Of a stretch of DNA of 64,000 nucleotides, positions 26,630-36,077 are shown in pieces. Position 1 is the stretch's first letter. The number at the start of each line of letters is the position of its first letter. The notes below the pieces were generated by a model. That model was not told where the DNA came from. It saw only the letters and a program-made list of their open reading frames with translations, and did no database searches. This stretch comes from Methyloceanibacter sp. GTDB taxonomy: Bacteria > Pseudomonadota > Alphaproteobacteria > Rhizobiales > Methyloligellaceae. The stretch is taken from positions 7,640 to 71,639 of the forward strand of contig JBGQMX010000002.1 of NCBI GenBank assembly GCA_041500805.1. The letters run 5' to 3'. A program made the position numbers and the translations under genes.

Positions 26630-27550
26630 ATGCACTTAAAGGAAGTCGATGCCAATCTGCTCGTGACGCTGGACGCGCTGCTCGTGGACGCAAGCGTGAC
26701 CCGCGCCGCCGAGCGGCTGGGGAGAAGCGCCTCGGCCATCAGCCATGCGCTGGCCAAGCTCCGCGAAATCTTCGCCGACGAGCTCTTCGTCCGCGCGGGT
26801 CAGCGTCTCGTGCCGACCGCCAAGGCCCTGGAGCTTGCGCCCACCGTCCATGTGATCCTGGCCGGCATGGAAAGCCTGCTCAGGCCGAGCCAGCCGTTCG
26901 ACGCATCGCTTGCCATGCGCGACTTCGCCATGGCCGCGAGCGAGGCGGGCGAGCTCATTCTGGTGCAGCCGCTTCGCCAGCGCCTGCAACATCTTGCACC
27001 GAGCGTGCATGTCGACTGGATGCCGTCCCATCGCGACGAGAGTTCCGACGCGCTCCGCCACGGCCGTTGCCATTTCGTGATCGACATCGAGGGAGCGAGC
27101 GTTCCGGCGGCTGACATCCGCGTGCTCAAGCTGTTCGACGACCGGCTCGCCACGCTCGGCCGCCCGGGGCATCCTTTCGCTCAGCGGAAGCCCAAGGCCG
27201 CCGCCTTCGCCGCCGCTGACCATATCGCGGTGAATTCGCTTCCCGCCATCGAGCTGATCGACCGCGAGCTTGCCGCGGGAAAGCTCAGCTGCAGCATCGT
27301 CTCGCGCGTTTCCTCGGTACTGGTCGGCCTTTTGCTCGCGCTCAACAGCGACGCGCTGCTCACGCTGCCGGCGTCCCTGGCGCTGATCATCGAGAAGCAG
27401 TTCGGGCTTGTCCGCATTTTCCAGCCGTTCGGCCCGATCGCTTTCCCGTTAAGGCTGCTCTGGCATTCAAGCTATGACCGCGACGAGTGCCATGAATGGG
27501 TGCGCGGCGAGCTGGTCGGTCTCGCGCGGGAGATCGAAAGCGCCGCTTGA
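26630..27550 (+). CDS. LysR-family transcriptional regulator (NodD/LeuO/MexT-like subgroup)
   Basis: DANLLVTLDALLVDASVTRAAERLGRSASAISHALAKLR HTH; LFVRAGQRLVPT; divergent from the imelysin cluster. Confidence 0.92.
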   Translation: MHLKEVDANLLVTLDALLVDASVTRAAERLGRSASAISHALAKLREIFADELFVRAGQRLVPTAKALELAPTVHVILAGMESLLRPSQPFDASLAMRDFAMAASEAGELILVQPLRQRLQHLAPSVHVDWMPSHRDESSDALRHGRCHFVIDIEGASVPAADIRVLKLFDDRLATLGRPGHPFAQRKPKAAAFAAADHIAVNSLPAIELIDRELAAGKLSCSIVSRVSSVLVGLLLALNSDALLTLPASLALIIEKQFGLVRIFQPFGPIAFPLRLLWHSSYDRDECHEWVRGELVGLAREIESAA

Positions 27551-27561
27551 GGGTGATCGGT

Positions 27562-27750
27562 ATGAGAGAAGCCCTCCAGCGGCTCACCGCCTTCCGTCTT
27601 CTCGCCGCCTTCTGTCTTCTCACCGCCTTCAGTCTTGGCGTTTTCAGTCTTGGCATTGCCATCGCTCTGGCGATCAGCGCGATCCTGGCGGAAGCCTTGA
27701 TTCGCAAGGCTGCCGAGCTCTATGGCTGGCCGCCGCTAGGCGCTGGCTGA
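27562..27750 (+). CDS. Small hydrophobic hypothetical protein (62 aa) built partly from 18-nt tandem repeats
   Basis: GAGGG upstream; long hydrophobic stretch; repeats at 27586-27654. Confidence 0.45.
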   Translation: MREALQRLTAFRLLAAFCLLTAFSLGVFSLGIAIALAISAILAEALIRKAAELYGWPPLGAG

Positions 27751-27845
27751 TTGAAGTCAGGCCCGCTGCCTCTGGCTTCCGTCACAATGCTCGATTACCA
27801 TGTGGGTCAAGCCCGTCTGCCGAGGATGGGACCGGGAGGATGTCA

Positions 27846-30800
27846 ATGTTTGCATGGTTCCGCGCCGGCCTCGTCGCCGCGCTGTTTGTTGTCGTCACCA
27901 CCCCCACCCAAGCCGCCCAGAAGACCTTCCAGGACGACGCTCTCGACGATGCCGCGATCACGCTCGAGGCCGACCTCAAGGATGAGGCGGGGACCGTGGA
28001 GAAGCCGGTCATCAAACTGAAGCAGGAGGGCGACGCGCTCATCCGGGGGCAAGACCTCGCAGGCGCCGCCGATGTCTATGTCCAGATCGTGACCGTCACG
28101 CCCAACGACGCCAAGGCCTGGCGCAGGCTCGCCGACATCTGGCTCCTCATTCCACCAAGCGACAATGACGACGGCTCGACGCGCTTCGAGCGGGCGCGGA
28201 CCGCGGCCTATATCGCCTATCAACGGGCGACCGCGCCTGACGAGGAGGCTGCAGACTTAATCACCCTCGCCAACGCCTTCGGCAAGCGCGAGGAGTGGCG
28301 GTCGGCGCTGAACGCGCTCAAGCTTTCGCTTAAGCTGCACGAGACGCCTGAGCTTAGAGCCCAATACGATGCGCTGCGCGAGAAGTACGGCTTCCGCGTC
28401 GCCGATTTCAGCGTCGATTCCGATGCGGCGTCCCCACGCGCCTGCTTCCAGTTCAGCGAGGCGTTGCCCAAGCGCACCGATTTTTCGCCTTACGTGGCGG
28501 TGGCCGGCCAGGACAAGCCGGCGCTCTCGGTCGACGACAAGCAGATCTGCGTCGAAGGGCTGAAGCATGGCGACAACTACGCGATCACGCTTCGCGCAGG
28601 GCTTCCTTCCACGGTCGACGAGGACCTGCTCAAGGACGCAGAGTTCAACATCTATGTGCGTGACCGGAGCCCCTCGGTGCGCCTGTCCGGCAAGGCCTAT
28701 GTGCTGCCGAAGACGGGCCAACAGGGCATCCCGCTCATCACCGTCAACACCGACACGGTCAAGGTGACGATCTACCGGATCGGCGACCGCAGCCTGCTCG
28801 ACAACGTGCTCGGCTACGATTTCGAGCGCAACCTCCAGGGCTACACTCTCGACGAGATCGCCGACCAGAAGGGCGAGAAGGTGTGGACGGGCGAGCTTAA
28901 GGTGGAGAAGGAGCTGAACGCCGAGATCACCACCGCTTTCCCCGTCACTGAGGCGCTCCCCACCATGGAGCCAGGCGTCTACCTGCTCGCGGCGCAACCC
29001 GGCAACGTGGCGGGCGACGACTATGGCGAACGCGCCACCCAGTGGTTCATCGTCTCCGATCTCGGGCTCGCGGCCTTCTCCGGTACCGACGGCATCCATG
29101 CCTTCGTCAACTCGCTCGCGAGCACCGCACCGCTCGGGGGCGTCGAGCTTCGCCTGCTTGCGCGCAACAACGAGGTGCTCGCCGTCAAGAAGACCGACGC
29201 CGACGGCACGGTGACCTTCGAGCCCGGGCTTGCCCGCGGCGAAGGCGGCCTCTCTCCCGCCCTGCTCGTCGCCTCCGGCGACGGCGGCGACTACGCGTTC
29301 CTCAATCTGAAGCAGTCGGCGTTCGATCTGACCGACCGCGGCGTCGCCGGGCGCGACGTTCCGCAAGGGCTCGATGCCTTCGTCTTCACCGAGCGCGGCG
29401 TCTACCGCACCGGCGAGACCGTGCATGTGACGACGCTGCTGCGCAACGCAGCAGGCGTCGCCGTGCCCGACGTAAACTTGACGCTCGTCACCGAGCGCCC
29501 CGACGGAGTGGAATATCGCCGCAGCGTCGTCGCCGACCAGGGCCTTGGCGGCCGCTCCCTCGACGTGCCTATCATCTCCTCGGCCCCGACCGGGACCTGG
29601 CGCGTCGCCGTCTATTCGGACCCGAAGCAGCCCTCGATCGGCGAGGTGAGCTTCCTGGTCGAAGACTACGTTCCCGATCGGCTGGAATTCGATCTCACCA
29701 CGACGGCAACCAGCATCTCGCCGACGGAACCCGCGGAAGTCACCGTTGACGGCCATTTCCTCTATGGCGCGCCGGCTTCAGGCCTCGACATCGAAGGCGA
29801 GATCAATATCGCCAAGGCCGCCGAGCGGCCGGGCTACCCGGGCTATTCGTTCGGTCTCGATGCAACCGACCAGGCCGACCAAGATGAAGACGTCGGCACC
29901 GAGAGCATCCCGCTTACCGATCTGCCGCAGACCGACGACACCGGCAAGGCGACGTTTACCGTCGACCTCGCCAAGGTCCCGGCCTCGACCAAGCCGCTCG
30001 AGGCCAATATCGTGGTCCGGCTTGCCGAGCCGGGCGGCAGGGCGATCGAGCGGAAGCTCACCCTTCCCATCACGCCCAAGGCAGCGATGATTGGCGTGAA
30101 GCCGCTCTTCTCGGGCCGGTCGCTCAGCGATAACGACACGGCGAGCTTCGATGTCGCCCTGGTTGCGCCAGACAGCAAGGCCATCGCCGCCACCGGGCTC
30201 AAATGGCAGCTGCTCAGCGTCGAGTCCAAATATCAGTGGTACCGCAACAACGGCTATTGGAATTACGAACCCATCAAGGTGACCCGCCGGGTCGCCGACG
30301 GCACCGTCGACGTGGCACCCGACAAGCCCGGCAAGATCTCCGTTCCCGTCACCTGGGGCCGCTACCGGCTCGAAGTGGCAAGCCCCGACCCGCAAGGACC
30401 GGAGACCACCATCAACTTCGATTCCGGCTGGTATGCAGAAGCCTCGGCCGACACGCCGGACCTGCTTGAGATCGCTCTCGACAAGCCCGAATATAAGCCC
30501 GGCGACACCATGACCGTCGCCGTCACCGCGCGAAGCGCGGGCAAAGTGACGCTCGCCGTGATCGGCGACCGGCTGATCACCACCACCACAACGGATGTCG
30601 AGCCCGGTCTCGTCAAGCTTCCCCTCACCGTGGGCAACGACTGGGGCACCGGCGCCTATGTCCTCGCCACCCTCAGGCGTCCGCTCGACGCGGCCGAGAA
30701 GCGCATGCCGGGCCGCGCCATCGGCGTGCAGTGGTTCAGCGTCGACAAAGCGGCGCACACCATCGGCATCGCCATGGACCTGCCCGGGCTGATCCGCCCG

Positions 30801-33068
30801 GAGACGACGCTCCGCGTGCCGGTCAAGCTTTCCGGGCTCTCGCCCAACGAGGAGGCGCGCATCGTCGTCTCCGCCGTCGATGTCGGCATCCTCAATCTCA
30901 CCAACTACAAGGTGCCCGACCCCGACGACTATTATCTCGGCCAGCGCAAGCTCTCCTCCGAGGTCCGCGACCTTTACGGGCAGCTGATCGACGGCATGCA
31001 AGGCACCAAGGGGCAAATCCGCTCAGGCGGCGACATGGGCGAGGCCGAGCTTCAGGGAAGCCCGCCGACCCAGCCGCCGCTTGCGCTTTATTCCGGCATT
31101 GTCGCCGTCGGCCCCGACGGCACCGCCGAGGTCAGCTTCGCCATTCCGGGCTTCACCGGCACCGTGCGGGTGATGGCGGTCGCCTGGAGCAACGACAAAG
31201 TAGGCCACGCCTCGAGCGACGTGGTGGTACGCGATCCGGTCGTGGTCACGGCCACGCTGCCGCGCTTCCTGCTTACCGGCGACCAGAGCACGCTCCGCCT
31301 CGACCTCGACAATGTCGAGGGGGAGACCGGCGACTACCAGATCACCGTCACCACCGACGGGCCCTTGGGCATCGAAGGCACCGCCAAGACCATCGCGCTC
31401 GAGGCCAAGAAACGCGGCGCGGTCACTCTGCCCGTCTCTGCCACGGGCGTGGGGTCGGGCACGGTGGCGGTCGCGGTCAGCGGCCCCGGGGGCTTTACGG
31501 TCGCGCGGGCATATCCGCTGACGGTGAGGCCCGCGACGCAAATCCTCGCGCGCCGCACGGTGAAGCCGCTCGCTCCCGGCCAGAGCATCACCCTGTCGGG
31601 CGACGTCTTCAGCGACCTCGTGAAGGGCACGGGCAAGGTCTCGCTCTCGGTGACGCCGTCGGCCGCGCTCGACGTGGCGACTTTGCTCGCCGCCCTCGAC
31701 CGCTATCCGCTCGGCTGCACCGAGCAGATCGTGAGCCGCGCCCTGCCGCTGCTCTATGTCAACGAGCTGTCGCTCGATGCGCAGCTCGCGGTGGATACCG
31801 GCGTCGATGAGCGCATCGCCAAGGCGATCGAGACGGTGCTGGCGCGGCAAGGCTCGGAAGGCGCCTTCGGGCTTTGGTCGCCCGGCGGCGGCGACGATGC
31901 CTGGCTCGACTCCTATGTGACGGACTTTCTGACACGGGCGCGCGCCCGCGGCTTCTCCGTCTCCGACGACCAGTTCAAGCAGGCGCTCGATCGCTTGCGG
32001 AACTATGTGAGCACGGCGCCCGACGTCTCCACCGACGGTGGGCTCGCGCTCTCCTACGCACTCTACGTGCTCGCCCGCAACGGCATGGCGCCGGTCGGCG
32101 ACCTCCGCTACATCGCCGACGTCAAGCTCAGCGATCTTGCGACCCCGACCGCCAAGGCCGAGATCGCCGCGGCGCTCGCCATGCTGGGCGACAGGGTCAG
32201 GGCGGAGAAGGCGTTCGAGGCCGCGCTCGGCGCGTTGCCGAAAGACCCCAAGGCCGAGAACGGCCGCACCGACTTCGGCTCGGCCTTGCGCGACGCCGCC
32301 GCCGTGGTCACGCTGGCCGCCGAGGGCGACGCTCCGAACGTGATCCTGACCAGCGCCACGCAGCGGATCGACGCCGCGCGCAACGTGGTCAGATATACCT
32401 CGACGCAAGAGGACGCCTGGCTCGTGCTCGCCGCGCGCGCGCTCGGCAAGCAAGGCGTGAGCCTCGCGGTCAACGGCGGCGGCCAAGAGGGCCCGCTCTA
32501 CCGCACCTTGAGCGAGGCGCAGCTCGCGACGACCCCGCTGACGGTGACCAATAGCGGACAGACGTCGCTCGACGCCGTCGTCTCGGTGAGCGGCGCGCCG
32601 ACCACGCCGGAGCCCGCCGCCGAGCACGGCTTCAAGATCGAGCGCAGCTTCCACACGCTCGACGGCGCCGATGCCGACGCAACCAAGGCGAAGCAGAACG
32701 ATCGCTTCGTCGTGGTGTTCACGGTGACCGAGCCGCAGCCCGAATTCGCGCGCGTGGCGCTCACCGACTACGTGCCGGCGGGCTTCGAGATCGACAATCC
32801 ACATCTCGTCTCCTCGGGCGACACGGGCACGCTCGGCTGGATCGAGAATGCAGGCTCGCCGGTCTACACCGAGTTCCGCGACGACCGCTTCACGGCGGCG
32901 TTCGAGCGGCGGACGGGCGACCCCACGGTCTATACGGTGGCCTATGTGGTCCGCGCGGTCTCGCCTGGGACCTACGTGCTGCCGCAGGCGGTGGTTGAGG
33001 ACATGTATCAGCCCGACCGCTTCGGCCGCACCGGCACCGGCGAGGTCACCGTCGCACCGGCAGAATGA
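27846..33068 (+). CDS. Bacterial alpha-2-macroglobulin
   Basis: Thioester motif YPLGCTEQ; FTERGVYRTGE, WFIVSDLG and VEDMYQPDRFGRT motifs; GGAGG RBS (ATG 27846, alternative 27840); upstream of pbpC. Confidence 0.95.
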   Translation: MFAWFRAGLVAALFVVVTTPTQAAQKTFQDDALDDAAITLEADLKDEAGTVEKPVIKLKQEGDALIRGQDLAGAADVYVQIVTVTPNDAKAWRRLADIWLLIPPSDNDDGSTRFERARTAAYIAYQRATAPDEEAADLITLANAFGKREEWRSALNALKLSLKLHETPELRAQYDALREKYGFRVADFSVDSDAASPRACFQFSEALPKRTDFSPYVAVAGQDKPALSVDDKQICVEGLKHGDNYAITLRAGLPSTVDEDLLKDAEFNIYVRDRSPSVRLSGKAYVLPKTGQQGIPLITVNTDTVKVTIYRIGDRSLLDNVLGYDFERNLQGYTLDEIADQKGEKVWTGELKVEKELNAEITTAFPVTEALPTMEPGVYLLAAQPGNVAGDDYGERATQWFIVSDLGLAAFSGTDGIHAFVNSLASTAPLGGVELRLLARNNEVLAVKKTDADGTVTFEPGLARGEGGLSPALLVASGDGGDYAFLNLKQSAFDLTDRGVAGRDVPQGLDAFVFTERGVYRTGETVHVTTLLRNAAGVAVPDVNLTLVTERPDGVEYRRSVVADQGLGGRSLDVPIISSAPTGTWRVAVYSDPKQPSIGEVSFLVEDYVPDRLEFDLTTTATSISPTEPAEVTVDGHFLYGAPASGLDIEGEINIAKAAERPGYPGYSFGLDATDQADQDEDVGTESIPLTDLPQTDDTGKATFTVDLAKVPASTKPLEANIVVRLAEPGGRAIERKLTLPITPKAAMIGVKPLFSGRSLSDNDTASFDVALVAPDSKAIAATGLKWQLLSVESKYQWYRNNGYWNYEPIKVTRRVADGTVDVAPDKPGKISVPVTWGRYRLEVASPDPQGPETTINFDSGWYAEASADTPDLLEIALDKPEYKPGDTMTVAVTARSAGKVTLAVIGDRLITTTTTDVEPGLVKLPLTVGNDWGTGAYVLATLRRPLDAAEKRMPGRAIGVQWFSVDKAAHTIGIAMDLPGLIRPETTLRVPVKLSGLSPNEEARIVVSAVDVGILNLTNYKVPDPDDYYLGQRKLSSEVRDLYGQLIDGMQGTKGQIRSGGDMGEAELQGSPPTQPPLALYSGIVAVGPDGTAEVSFAIPGFTGTVRVMAVAWSNDKVGHASSDVVVRDPVVVTATLPRFLLTGDQSTLRLDLDNVEGETGDYQITVTTDGPLGIEGTAKTIALEAKKRGAVTLPVSATGVGSGTVAVAVSGPGGFTVARAYPLTVRPATQILARRTVKPLAPGQSITLSGDVFSDLVKGTGKVSLSVTPSAALDVATLLAALDRYPLGCTEQIVSRALPLLYVNELSLDAQLAVDTGVDERIAKAIETVLARQGSEGAFGLWSPGGGDDAWLDSYVTDFLTRARARGFSVSDDQFKQALDRLRNYVSTAPDVSTDGGLALSYALYVLARNGMAPVGDLRYIADVKLSDLATPTAKAEIAAALAMLGDRVRAEKAFEAALGALPKDPKAENGRTDFGSALRDAAAVVTLAAEGDAPNVILTSATQRIDAARNVVRYTSTQEDAWLVLAARALGKQGVSLAVNGGGQEGPLYRTLSEAQLATTPLTVTNSGQTSLDAVVSVSGAPTTPEPAAEHGFKIERSFHTLDGADADATKAKQNDRFVVVFTVTEPQPEFARVALTDYVPAGFEIDNPHLVSSGDTGTLGWIENAGSPVYTEFRDDRFTAAFERRTGDPTVYTVAYVVRAVSPGTYVLPQAVVEDMYQPDRFGRTGTGEVTVAPAE

Positions 33069-35290
33069 GCAAAGGTTCTAAGGCTGCTACAAACTCCGCG
33101 CTCCCCCCTTGTGGGGGAGCACGCTCGCTCCCTGAGCTGTCGGAGGGGGGTGAACCTCCTGCTCGGAACCAGCGGCCCACCCCCCTTCCTACCCTCCCCC
33201 ACAAGGGGGGAGGGGGGAGCTTGGGGAGGCGACTCACGATCACGGCGGTCGCCGCAGTGTGGGTCGTTGCGGCGGTCGCGGGCGGGGTTGCGGGCCTGTT
33301 CCAGGCCTTCGGCCCAGCGCCCCTTGGGCGCAATCTCGAAGTCTCGACCCTGGTCCTCGACCGGAACGGCAAGCTGCTCCGCCCCTATCTCACCAGCGAA
33401 GGCCGCTGGCGGCTTCCCGCGACGCGGGAGGAAGTCGACCCGCGCTTCCTCGACGCCCTGCTTATCTATGAGGACAAGCGCTTCTGGCATCATCCGGGCG
33501 TCGATCCGCTCGCGCTCATGCGGGCGGCCTACCAGCTCGTCACCCATGGCCGCATCGTCTCGGGCGGCTCGACCATCACCATGCAGGTCGCCCGCCTGCT
33601 CGAGCCGAGAGCCAAGCGCTCGCTGCACGCCAAGCTGCGGGAGGCCGTGCGAGCGCTCGAGCTCGAATGGGCGTTGAGCAAGGACGAGATCCTCGGCCTC
33701 TATCTCACGCTCGCTCCTTATGGCGGCAATCTCGAAGGGGTGCGGGCGGCCTCGCTCGCCTATTTCGGCAAAGAGCCGCGCCGGCTCACGCTTGGCGAAG
33801 TGGCTCTCCTCGTCGCCCTGCCGCAATCGCCGGAGGTCCGCCGGCCTGACCGGTCGCCAGCGGCGGCCAAGCGCGCGCGCGACCGCGTGCTCGACCGCAT
33901 CGCCGGCCATGGACTCTTCAGCGACGCCGAGATCGCGCGCGCCAAGGAAGAGCCGGTGCCGCAAGGCCGCAAGGCCATGCCGCTCGTTGCGCCTCACGCC
34001 GCCGACGAGGCGGTGACGGCTTCGCCCAAGGAGCATGTGCTGCGGCTCACCATCGACGGCCGCCTGCAGAAGGGCCTCGAGGGCCTCGCCCGCGACCGGG
34101 CGCAGGCGCTTGGGCCCGATCTGTCCGTGGCCATGGTCGTCGTCGACAATGCCACCGGCGAGGTGCTGGCCCGTGTCGCCTCTCCCGACTATTTCGACGA
34201 GCGCCGGGCGGGCCAAGTGGACCTCACGCAAGCCGTCCGCTCGCCTGGCTCGGCACTGAAGCCCTTCATCTACGGCCTCGGCTTCGAGGACGGGCTGATC
34301 CACCCCGATACGCTCATCGAGGACAGGCCGATCCGCTATCGCGGCGGCTATGCGCCGGAGAATTTCGACCTCACCTACCAGGGCACGGTGACTGTGCGCC
34401 GCGCGCTGCAATTGTCGCTGAACGTGCCGGCTGTCGCCGTGCTCGAGGAGGTCGGCCCGAGCCGGCTGATCGCGCGGCTGGCGCAAGCCGGCGCACCGCT
34501 CGTGCTGCCGCGGCGCGAGGCGCCGGGCCTTCCGCTCGCCCTCGGTGGCGTGGGCGTGAGGCTCGCAGACCTCACCATGCTCTATGCCGGGCTCGCGCGT
34601 CAGGGCACCGTGGCGCCGCTCGTGGAGCGCCTCGATGCGCCGCCACTGCCGCCCAAGCGCCTGATCGAGCCGGTCGCCGCCTGGTACGTCGCCAATATCC
34701 TGCTTGGCACGCCGCCGCCCGAGAACGCTGCCGGCGGGCGCATCGCCTTCAAGACCGGCACGAGCTACGGCTATCGCGACGCCTGGGCGGTCGGCTTCGA
34801 CGGCAAGCATACCATCGGCGTCTGGGTGGGGCGCCCCGACGGCGCTCCCGTCACCGGTCTCGCCGGGCGAGTCACCGCCGCACCCATTCTGTTCGATGCC
34901 TTTGCCAGGCTGCCGCAACCGCTGCAGCCGCTGCCGCCGGCGCCGAAAGGCGCGCTGGTCGCGACCACCGCCAAGCTGCCGCCGCCGCTGCAGCGCTTCA
35001 CCTCGCGGGCAGAAGCGGGCGAAGCCATGACGCCCAAGGTGCACATCGTGTTTCCGCCCGATGGCGCGAGCCTCGAGCTGTCGGCTGCCAAAGGCGAGGC
35101 GCCCGACCCCATCGCCATCAAGATCGCCGGCGGCACGCCCCCGCTCAACGTCCTCCTGAACGGCATGCCGCTCAGCGCCAAGCAGTCCGCGCGAACGCTG
35201 TTCTTCGAGCCTGACGGGCCGGGCTTCGTGCGGCTGACGGTGACCGACGCGACCGGAGCCGCCGACAGCGTCGTGGTGCGGCTGCAATAG
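33065..35290 (+). CDS. pbpC: Penicillin-binding protein 1C
   Basis: Transglycosylase EDKRFWHHPG and SGGSTITMQVARLL motifs; transpeptidase SALK, SLN and KTGT; ATGA-coupled to the A2M stop. Confidence 0.95.
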   Translation: MSKGSKAATNSALPPCGGARSLPELSEGGEPPARNQRPTPLPTLPHKGGGGSLGRRLTITAVAAVWVVAAVAGGVAGLFQAFGPAPLGRNLEVSTLVLDRNGKLLRPYLTSEGRWRLPATREEVDPRFLDALLIYEDKRFWHHPGVDPLALMRAAYQLVTHGRIVSGGSTITMQVARLLEPRAKRSLHAKLREAVRALELEWALSKDEILGLYLTLAPYGGNLEGVRAASLAYFGKEPRRLTLGEVALLVALPQSPEVRRPDRSPAAAKRARDRVLDRIAGHGLFSDAEIARAKEEPVPQGRKAMPLVAPHAADEAVTASPKEHVLRLTIDGRLQKGLEGLARDRAQALGPDLSVAMVVVDNATGEVLARVASPDYFDERRAGQVDLTQAVRSPGSALKPFIYGLGFEDGLIHPDTLIEDRPIRYRGGYAPENFDLTYQGTVTVRRALQLSLNVPAVAVLEEVGPSRLIARLAQAGAPLVLPRREAPGLPLALGGVGVRLADLTMLYAGLARQGTVAPLVERLDAPPLPPKRLIEPVAAWYVANILLGTPPPENAAGGRIAFKTGTSYGYRDAWAVGFDGKHTIGVWVGRPDGAPVTGLAGRVTAAPILFDAFARLPQPLQPLPPAPKGALVATTAKLPPPLQRFTSRAEAGEAMTPKVHIVFPPDGASLELSAAKGEAPDPIAIKIAGGTPPLNVLLNGMPLSAKQSARTLFFEPDGPGFVRLTVTDATGAADSVVVRLQ
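33101..33220. repeat. Cruciform CTCCCCCCTTGTGGGGGAG palindromic element, in frame inside the pbpC 5' end
   Basis: Terminal hairpins are exact reverse complements (CTCCCCCCTTGTGGGGGAG / CTCCCCCACAAGGGGGGAG); inner GGAGGGGGGT/ACCCCCCTTCC arms. Confidence 0.88.
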
Positions 35291-35711
35291 CGGCTCGGTG
35301 CCGCTATTGCGATTTTCTGCTCGACTGCGGCACGCCATTTTACCGAAAAGAAGCCAGTCGCAGGCGCCCGCGTCCTGATGCCACAGCCCGCGGCCTAGAG
35401 AAGCCAGGCGCGCATTGCGTTGCGGTAGCGCTTCAGCCGCGCACACATTTCCCAGAGATTTACCAAGGGATTTTATGCTGGGCCGGATTGTTGCAGCGCG
35501 ATAAAGACGCCGCGGGGCACCGGGTCGCGGCTCAACCAACGTGGCCGCGACACTGTGCGCACTTCCCCGTCAAACGCCCGCCCAAAACAGCCACCAAGAG
35601 TTCTGCCGCGTGTCTGGGCGGTGTCTTGGCCACGCGCACCAAGAGGGCCGGCGCCGTCCGGCTTTTGGTGTTGCGCCTCATTCAATCGCGGCAAAAAAGG
35701 AGGAGAATCCA

Positions 35712-35870
35712 ATGAAGAATTTCCTTTCGCTGGTCGTTGCTTTCGGTCTTGCAGCCGGAGCGGTCGCCCCTGCATTCGCAGCCGAAGCTCCAAAAAACAA
35801 GGCTGACTGCGAGAAGGCCAAAATGAAGTGGGACGAGACGACCAAGAAGTGCACCAAAGGGGCTATGTAA
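35712..35870 (+). CDS. Small secreted Lys-rich two-Cys protein (52 aa)
   Basis: Strong AGGAGG RBS; Sec signal ending PAFA; mature part AEAPKNKADCEKAKMKWDETTKKCTKGAM. Confidence 0.8.
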   Translation: MKNFLSLVVAFGLAAGAVAPAFAAEAPKNKADCEKAKMKWDETTKKCTKGAM

Positions 35871-36021
35871 CCCACTTCAGCTTGCAGCTCGGACAATGAG
35901 CGCCTCGGGCTTTAACACCATGGCCGATGCTGAAAAGCACATGGCCGAGTGCAACGCTTAAGTCTCGATCTAACCCCGGACGCGGACGCCCGGCCTTTAA
36001 GCCGAGCGCCCGGTCCATTAG

Positions 36022-36068
36022 CCGCCCCAAAGCCCCTCCGACTGCGACGTCCAAGGGCTTTGGGGCGG
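36022..36068. terminator. 14-bp stem hairpin downstream of cysA and the small gene
   Basis: CCGCCCCAAAGCCC(36022-36035)/GGGCTTTGGGGCGG(36055-36068), followed by TTTAAT on the + strand. Confidence 0.6.
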
Positions 36069-36077
36069 TTTAATCTA

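Noticed and set aside
26390-26630. Search for Irr, RirA or Fur boxes at the head of the imelysin cluster
   Set aside because: No convincing match by eye; iron regulation cannot be supported from this sequence.
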